Positions 28,995 to 37,600 of a stretch of 64,000 nucleotides of DNA are shown in pieces. Origin of the DNA: a virus (Duplodnaviria > Heunggongvirae > Uroviricota > Caudoviricetes). Location: the IMG/VR virus record IMGVR_UViG_2541047913_000007, one strand, 5' to 3'. A program made the position numbers and the translations under genes. The notes under the pieces were generated by a model. The model was not told the DNA's origin, searched no databases, and was given only the letters and a program-made list of their open reading frames with translations. Positions within the stretch are counted from its first letter, which is position 1. Each line of letters starts with the position of its first letter.

Positions 28995-30221
28995 ATGCCG
29001 GTAACTATAACAAAAATCAGAACTGGAGAAGATGTTTTGTCAGCAGCCATTCACCGCATTGAATGGTTGTTTGAAACATTCTCTTCTGTATGTTTATCTT
29101 TTTCTGGCGGTAAAGATTCCACTGTACTTTTCCATCTTGTAGCCGAAGTGGCCTACAGGAAGAAACGTCGTTTTTCTGTATTGTTCATTGACTGGGAAGC
29201 CCAGTATCAATGCACCATTGATCATATACAGAAGATGCGGATGATGTACCAAGATGTAACAGATACCTTTTACTGGGTTGCACTTCCCCTGACGACAGTA
29301 AATGGTGTCTCGCAGTTTCAGCCTGAGTGGATATGCTGGGAGCCCGGTGTAGAGTGGGTTCGACAGCCACCGGAAGATGCTATTACTGATATGGCGTATT
29401 TCCCCTTTTACCGCTACGCCATGACTTTTGAAGAATTTGTCCCAGCTTTTTCTTCCTGGTTCGCAAGTAACCAATGTAGCGTGGCAATACTGACTGGAGT
29501 CCGCGCGGATGAATCTCTTAACAGATTTATGGGACTGGTTTCCCAACGAAAACTGAGATATGCAGATGATAAACCCTGGACCACGGCGTCACCTGAAGGT
29601 TTTTACTACACCATGTATCCGCTGTATGACTGGAAAACCAACGATATCTGGGTATATAACGCTAAAACCTGTGCAATCTACAATCCTCTGTATGATTTGA
29701 TGTACCGTGCAGGCATTCCTCTACGTAATATGCGTGTCTGTGAGCCTTTTGGCCCGGAACAGCGTAAGGGACTATGGCTTTATCATGTTCTGGAGCCAGA
29801 AACTTGGGCACGGATGTGTGAACGAGTATCTGGTGCTGCCAGTGGGGCTCTTTATGCCAATGAAAGCGGGGCCTATTTTGCCCTGCGTAAACGGATGTCA
29901 AAACCATCCCATCATACCTGGCGCAGCTATGCGTTCTTCCTGCTGGACGTAATGCCGGAAAGAACGGCTGAACACTACCGCAACAAGATAGCAGTTTACC
30001 TGCGCTGGTATCAGAACCGGGGATTCCCGGATGATATCCCGGATGAACAGGAAAATGATCTGGGCTGCCGGGATGTTCCCTCCTGGCGACGTATTTGTAA
30101 GACTCTCATAAAGAATGATTTCTGGTGCCGAACGCTCTCCTTCAGCCCCAACAAACCCCGGCACTATGAACGTTACCTGCAGCGTATGAATGAAAGGAGG
30201 AAGGAATGGGGAATTCTGTGA
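28995..30221 (+). CDS. ibrA: IbrA-like PP-loop ATP pyrophosphatase (PAPS reductase family with C-terminal extension)
   Basis: 408 aa; PP-loop SFSGGKDS near N-terminus. Confidence 0.65.
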   Translation: MPVTITKIRTGEDVLSAAIHRIEWLFETFSSVCLSFSGGKDSTVLFHLVAEVAYRKKRRFSVLFIDWEAQYQCTIDHIQKMRMMYQDVTDTFYWVALPLTTVNGVSQFQPEWICWEPGVEWVRQPPEDAITDMAYFPFYRYAMTFEEFVPAFSSWFASNQCSVAILTGVRADESLNRFMGLVSQRKLRYADDKPWTTASPEGFYYTMYPLYDWKTNDIWVYNAKTCAIYNPLYDLMYRAGIPLRNMRVCEPFGPEQRKGLWLYHVLEPETWARMCERVSGAASGALYANESGAYFALRKRMSKPSHHTWRSYAFFLLDVMPERTAEHYRNKIAVYLRWYQNRGFPDDIPDEQENDLGCRDVPSWRRICKTLIKNDFWCRTLSFSPNKPRHYERYLQRMNERRKEWGIL

Positions 30222-30850
30222 CACCAGAGGTGGAGGTGCTGAGCAAGATGATTCGACAGTACTTCAGTCAGGAACAATCTGAAGAGAAAACCATACAGGC
30301 CCTGAACCATCTCCGCTGCGTACTCCATGAGATCAGCCCCTTTGCTCAAGAACCAGTGGACTGTGTGCTGTGGGTAAAAGCGGATGAAATTGTCGCTAAC
30401 GATTATAATCCCAATGTCATGGCCCCAAGCGAAAAAAAATTACTGAAACAATCTCTGGAAAAAGACGGTTTTACTCAACCAATTGTTGTTTCGGAAGAAA
30501 CAAGCCATTACCTGGTGGTGGATGGTTTTCATAGGCAGTTACTAGGTAGAAGAACAGTTACTGGAAAACGCCTGAAAGGCTGGCTACCAGTAACCTGTAT
30601 TAATCCAGACCGAAAGGGACAAACCTCACGTATTGCCGCGACTATCCGACATAACAGAGCCAGGGGGAAACACCAGATAACCTCAATGTCTGATATTGTC
30701 AGAGATCTTTCACGTCTTGGCTGGACTGATGAACGTATCGGAACAGAACTGGGGATGGACCAGGATGAAGTTCTGAGGTTAAAGCAGATTAGCGGGCTAA
30801 CGGAGTTATTTCAGCAGGCAGATTTCAGCCCTGCATGGACTGTTACATAA
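30206..30850 (+). CDS. ibrB: IbrB-like ParB/sulfiredoxin-fold nuclease-domain protein
   Basis: 214 aa; ANDYNPN and VVDGFHR ParB-N-like motifs; 16-nt overlap with ibrA-like. Confidence 0.65.
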   Translation: MGNSVTPEVEVLSKMIRQYFSQEQSEEKTIQALNHLRCVLHEISPFAQEPVDCVLWVKADEIVANDYNPNVMAPSEKKLLKQSLEKDGFTQPIVVSEETSHYLVVDGFHRQLLGRRTVTGKRLKGWLPVTCINPDRKGQTSRIAATIRHNRARGKHQITSMSDIVRDLSRLGWTDERIGTELGMDQDEVLRLKQISGLTELFQQADFSPAWTVT

Positions 30851-30938
30851 AGTTAGGTTAGGCCTGTGGAGCCGGGGAATCGGAATTAAACATCTTCCCT
30901 CCCCGGTAAATACAAATAAGGGCTGAACATCATCCCGA

Positions 30939-31463
30939 CTACCTCAGATCACCTAATAATATATCAAGATTATTTTGCGCATTAATGCTATTCGCCATTA
31001 CTGTTGCTGCTTCTGGCAACTTTCCAAGAGCAATAAATATATTCTTAAGGCTGATTGGAATTGATGAACCATGCGGATCGCGCCACTCACCGCAAATTCT
31101 GTGAGTTTCATCACAAAGCCTGAACGCATCCCAACCTCCATATTGACCAAAAATTATGTCCATTGACTCTATTTCTGCGGGCGATAACTCCCCCAGCTCA
31201 TCAACAGAAGAAAATGTACGCCACATTTCAACCTTATGATCCGCTACATCAGATATCCATGATTCCCACGGACTGTACTCGTTTTCACTTCCATCCTTAA
31301 CCAAAGAATATGTCTGCGATAAAACGGGTCCTTTGTTCATAGAGAAATAATGATCACCACTAATGGGAAAACCATACAACTCCATTGCTTTGCGGTCAGA
31401 GAGATACATCAGCTTAATGAAACGCATAGATCCGCCATGTTTTTTCAGCAAATACGCTGCCAT
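30939..31463 (-). CDS. Panacea (DUF4065, SocA-like) domain protein
   Basis: 174 aa; N-terminal MAAYLLKKHGGSMRFIKLMYLSDR typical of DUF4065. Confidence 0.55.
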   Translation of the reverse strand: MAAYLLKKHGGSMRFIKLMYLSDRKAMELYGFPISGDHYFSMNKGPVLSQTYSLVKDGSENEYSPWESWISDVADHKVEMWRTFSSVDELGELSPAEIESMDIIFGQYGGWDAFRLCDETHRICGEWRDPHGSSIPISLKNIFIALGKLPEAATVMANSINAQNNLDILLGDLR

Positions 31464-31613
31464 TTACGCAACTTTTTCTTCATTAAACATAAATCGGCTC
31501 TCTGTCTCACATGAAATACTCTTTCTGACTATATGTTAATAGCTCCGGTTATTACAGGTTAATGTGTGTTTATTTCTTAATCAGCCCCGCACTTCCGTAC
31601 GGGGCCATTTCTG

Positions 31614-34600
31614 TTAATCCACTCCCACTTTTTTGTTGTACTCGCGGTTAAAGCGATCCACGGCAACCTTCATATCCCGCTCTACCGATTTCACCATCGC
31701 CGCCTGCTGCGCCAGACTGAGAGAACTGTCGGCATAAATGGCATCGCGCTGTTTGCGCAAATCCTTCAGTCTCTTCCGGGTATCCTGCATAAGCCCGTTC
31801 ATCAACAATTTTCCGTTGTTCTCGTCAATGAACGCCGTTCTTTCTGCACCGGTCAGACTCTTCAGCTCTGCGTGATACTGCGCAACCTCTGTCATCCGGT
31901 CGTACATCTTCTGCTGGTCTGCATACGGCATCACCTCACCCGAAATTTTCCCCAGGAAGGGCACCTGCTGCTCCGGTATATCAATACCGTTCAGCGATTT
32001 CACCGCCGCATCTGTGGTTTTGGAAATGAAGCGCCCTGTCCCTCCGGAGATATAGTCAATCCAGAATTTCAGCGATTCCGGTGTGATATCCACCGCGCCG
32101 GGACGATACTGGCTGCCACCTGAGAACGCATTCAGCCAGGATGCAAACGCCTTGTACGCCTCAGGCGTTGAACGTCTGCCCAGTTGGCTGTCCGGTTTCG
32201 GTGTGCCAAATGGCATGTTCTCCTGGTAAATCTGCGCCCCCATGAAGTTTTCATTCATGGCAAGGTTCGCAAACGGACGCAGAATGGTCGGCGCTGCATT
32301 TTTCAGCAATGCCCCGGACAGTGTTTCCGACGTTTCACTGCCCACAGGACTGAATGCCCCCAGGATACCACCGACAACATTACCGGCAGCACGTGAAGCA
32401 GTCAGGTCGCCCGCTGCCACACCTTCAGCAGTATGCCCGAGCAGGAAGAAAACGTTGTACCCGTAAGGCAGAGGAATACTCCAGTACTCTCCGGCCTTGC
32501 CCCCGAACACCGATTTCATAATGACGAGGTTACGCTCTTTCACATGAGACGGCACCTTGTCATACCAGTTAACCCCGTCATCATCCTCCCCCGCAACACT
32601 GCGGTTAAGCGAGCCAAGCAGATAACCCGCTCCCACAGCTGCAAGCGCGATTTTCTGCGGTACATTGAGATTCTTCCAGCGAAGGCGCTCCGGTAACGGC
32701 CCGTCGCCATTAAGATGTCCGAGCGTTCTCACCAGGTTTGCGGTCCCCTGAATGCTGGCGTTGGCAAACATATACAGCGAGTTCATCAGCGCTCCCTGCT
32801 CACCACGACGGTTAAAGTTCACCGTCATGTTTTTGGCAAGAGATGCCGCCTGCTGGCGTGACAAACCGGCATCACGGGCGTGTTTATAGGCAGAAAGACG
32901 CAGAGCGTTTTCAACCGCGCCGTTGGCATCCTCGACCAGGTTCAGGAACGAATGCCATGCACCGATACTCTGGCCTTTCCATCCTCCCTTCGCCAGCGAT
33001 ACAAGGCGATCCATTTCCTTCTGCTGGCCTTCAAGGTCACCCATGTTAAACCAGCCGGTTTTACCTCCATCCTCAACAAACTCTTTCCACACCTTCTGCC
33101 ACTGCGCACCGTTGCCCGTGAGGGTTTTACCACGCAGACTGGCGTATACGGCAGACATGGCAGACCGGCTGTCTTTCACCACAGCCAGGGCGGATAAGTT
33201 ATCCAGCCCTTTCAGTTTACCGTCGCTCCTTCCCTGCTCAGCCTTCAGGTTCATCACCGCCGTCTGCACGTCACGGATGAAGTTACTGACCAGAAATTCC
33301 GGGTTATACGACGTGTTCACCGTTGCCAGGAAACGGTTAACTTTCCCCAGCGTACGGATTACGGCGTTACTGGTTTCCGGCCCCATGTTCTTCATCGCAC
33401 GCATCAGGCGCGGGTCATGGAGTTTGATGTAGTAAGTTTTGCCGTCCTTTTTGGTGGTGAAGTAGCGATCCGCCATCATTGCCATAGGCACCGGACGTTC
33501 AACAACTTCGCGACGGGTTTCGCCGGTTTCCGGATCAACACGCTCTGCAATCGCCCGCATGGTGTCCGGTTTGTCATCAGTGAATACCTGCCAGTAATCC
33601 TTATCGGGATTATCCTGCACCAGTTTCAGGAAGGCGTTACCCACTTCGTTTTTGCGATTGCGGATCAGCGATTCGCTCAAATCCTGTATCGCCTGAGTGG
33701 AAGGAGACTGTGCGCGGGATGCACGCCCCATGGCCTGCCTGCTTTCACGTCCGCCGATGGTGAAGCCCTTACCTGTACGGGGCAGTGACACCACACCGTC
33801 AACATCCTGACCTTTCAGGGGAACGTAGTAACGGTAGGCGTTCTGCCAGGCATCCACCACACCGCTCTCTTCCAGTCCGGCCTCACGGATAAGCTCACGG
33901 CGACGGGCCAGCATATCGTCAACAATCCCTGCCAGACGGTCATACTGTGCCTGTTTGCCACTGTTACGCACACGCTGCATGATTTCCGCCGCTTCCGCGT
34001 TGGTCATCCCCGAACCGCCGTCCGGCATTTTCGGGTTGATTTTCGCGATATGCGCGTTACGTTCCGGCGCGTGACGGGCGTAGAGGTACTCATCCAGATC
34101 GGCCTGCGCAATTTTGTAGTCCGCCAGTAATTTAGCCAGTGGCTGAACGTAGCGCTCCTTCATCACGTTCAGGTCGTTTTCCGCCTTCCCGTGGAAGAGT
34201 TCTTCCGCCATATAAGCGTTGTTACTGTCGTCTATTTTTCCGCCAGTTTTACGGATATTCTCCTGAACAGCTTTCAGCACCTGGAATTTATCCTGCATCT
34301 GGCGCACAAAACGCGATGCAATTGTCTCTTCCGGTGTCAGACTGCTGGTACGGGAGTAATACGGCCCCTTGCGAATATCTTCAGGATAGAGTATTTTATC
34401 TACAGAGCCGCGATAAGAACGCTCCTCTTTGGGCAATTGGAGCCCACTGTACTGAGGGTTATCGCGGCTTAATTTCTCCTTCCGGTAAAGCGTTAATCCA
34501 GCCATTTCCATACTTTTCAGCTTTTTCCCGTTTTCCGTACCGTAAACAGATGCCACCTTGTTAATTTCCAGACGTTTATCTGTCGCCTTCATATGCACTG

Positions 34601-37600
34601 CCGAGACGACCGGATCACCATTTTTATCCACAGCATCAAGCAGCATCACAACCGCATTTCTTTCTGTCGCGGAACGGTAAATTGCATCCGGATTGTGCAT
34701 CAGTTCCGGAAGTCTCTCGATAACATCCATTGGCACCACATGTTTCACGCCATTGGTAGCCTTCCGCACAGTGTCGCGGGAGATAACCAGCGGCAAATCT
34801 GGTGCGCCAAGGTGGCGCAATACCGGCGGCGTACGCCCGATGTTTGCAGTCATTGCACCAGAACGTAACGACTTCATCATTCTGGCAAGGTCATCACGAT
34901 AACGCTCGCCCTCACCTTCCGGCACTTTGAACGGATCAGGCTTACCGCTACGGGAGTACTGAGACGATGCGCCAGCGCCATCCTCACGCGGCGTGTAACC
35001 TTCCCGCACACGCTGGCCTAACGTGCGAATAGTTTCGCGAACAAGTCTGATATCGTTCAGCTCTGTCGGCTTCAGTAACCCCGTGCGACGCAGTACCCCT
35101 TTGACCAGGGCAACAACACGCTCCCACGCCGCCACAAATTTATTCGGCTGTTTCTCCGCCATATGTGCCAGAAATTCACCTGCCTGCACTTCCGGTGATT
35201 CCTTACCATAAGACGCATCAACCTTACGCCAGGCGTCACGGATGGTGGCGTTATCACTGTCACGGGTTTTCAGTACGGTCTTAATAATCGTCTGATATTC
35301 CGCTGGCGTGACTACATGCTCCATTGCATGGTGAATAATCTCGTGACGTAACTTCTCGCGAACGGTCCGCCCGTCAGGGATGTTATCCGCCACCAGGACA
35401 ATTTCACGTTTATCCGGACGATAGAACGCATGCACCCTGCCGTAACCGTCGAACGATTCACCCGCCAGCGCTTCAGCCTCTTTCTGTGACTTCACCACGC
35501 GGACCTTCAGGTCACTGTCCTTAATGCCACTCATCACGCCACGGGCAACCGCTTCAACCTGCGGGACCGGGCTGCCTTTGGCTTCCGCACTGCGGTTAAC
35601 ATCCGAAATGAGATTGCCTTCAGGTGTGCGGGTCACGCCCTTACGGGAATAAAACGCAACGCCCTTGTCCGTCTCACGGGTTTTCAGCGTACTGAACAGG
35701 TGATCGAATGCATCACGAATACCGCCATCCAGTTCCGCATTCGTCGGATAAGCCCAGGTGTTATCTGTGTTGTGCTCAGGTGCCTTACGGATATTGACCA
35801 GATAATCATTCTCCACGCCAGCCGTACGCGCTTTATCCTGAACATAACGCTCAAAGGCACGCGCCGCCATTTCAACATCCGTTGACCAGTACGGTTTTGA
35901 GCGCACCTCATCGAGAAGCGCTGAACGACGCGGCATGTCACTGCTGTTGATCGCTTTCATCACGCCTTTAAACGCGTCGTAAACCTCCTGACGTACCGGA
36001 TATTCCGCATCAACATATCTGCCGTCTTTAAATACGCGCCCGGCACGCTGTGCTTCCGTCATATAGTCGCCACCTGACGTGATCTTCCCGTCAGTGGAAA
36101 CATCATAACGACCAAAATAATTATCCAGTGAATGGAACCATTCGTGGGCCAGCGCCCCCGGTCCGTTACCTTTTGTCAGGTTGATTGCCACCTCACCCGG
36201 CTCATAGTGTGCCGCCGCCTTACCCTTACCACGGGCACCAAAAGCAAGCCCAAGACGACCGTTCAGAGAAAGCGCTTTTGTCGGCACGTTCAGCACATCA
36301 GCCAGGTCATGCAGCGAGTCATAAGCCCGGTTCAAATCAGCCTGACGACGCGGACCTTCCACATAATTACCAAACTGCACACCACGAAAACCAAACGCAT
36401 CACTGAACTGCTCCGGCGAAACATCCCCCTTGCGGCGTTCTGGTCCGGTACGATCGCGGTTGGTGGCGTTACGCTGCTCCTCACGCGAAATCTCCCGCAT
36501 CTCCTTCACATGACGAACAAGCTCATCACGATGTGAATCAATGTACTTACGCGCATCACTGGCTGACTTAAAGCCACCTCTCACCCGCATTTTGTTTTTG
36601 CCGTAAGCGATAAAAATATCGCCACTACGGGTATTCCGGTAAACGTCAAAGCTGATTTTGTCATCTGGTGACGGTGCTGTTTTTTCATCACCTTTCGCCC
36701 GTGACTTTTCCTCCTGCTCTGCAAACCAGGCTTTCGCCTTTGTCAGTAATTCATCCCTGCTTTCCGAGAAAAAGAGGTTACTCCCCTTATTGTCCTTATT
36801 GCGCAGTGAATAAAGTTTCTGTGGCGGATCGTAACGCTTCCCTCCGGCCGCCTGATACACACCGGATACCACCCGATAAGCAGAAGCCTTGTCCATCTGT
36901 GAAGGTGGCAGCGTGCGTAACAGTTGCCAGGTATCCGCATAACGGGAAGGCATTCTTCCCTCCATCCACTCAGCAAGCCGTCCGGCAGTCACTTTTCCTT
37001 CCAGCATTCCCGCCACGCTTGTGCGGATGCTCTTTACACTCTCCACCCACTTCACCGCATTGAGTTTCGTTTTCGCGGGAATATCACTGCGGTACAGCGC
37101 AATCATTGCCAGTGTGTCAGCGTCGGCCCCTTCGTTCGCCAGTTTTGCATAGTCCGGTTTCGGGAACACTTTGCTCAGCGGCTGCGTGAAATAATCCCTG
37201 TCTTCCAGCGTTTTACCCAGTGTTTCGGCAAGCTGTGCATAACGGTGTTTTGCCGCGCCCTTAATCTCCTCACCAAAGTCTTCAATTTTTGCACCACGCG
37301 CCTGCTGGTGAGTGCTCGGTTTATCTACCGGCACCGGCACCGGCACCGGCACCGGCACCTCAGTATCCGGAACATCGGTTATGGTCTGGCGATTATCCCC
37401 GGTCTGTCTGCGCGCTTCTGCCTGCTGTGCCAGTTCCGGAAGGGAGTCACGAACCATACGAGGGAGTGATTCAGGATGTGGCATATCAACCCCACGCTGT
37501 TCAGGTGCAGGAAGTCCTTCACGCACTGGTGCTGTGGCGTTCTGCTCATCCGGTGATGGCAGACCACGACGAACCGGTTCGCCCTCCAGTATTTCCCCCT

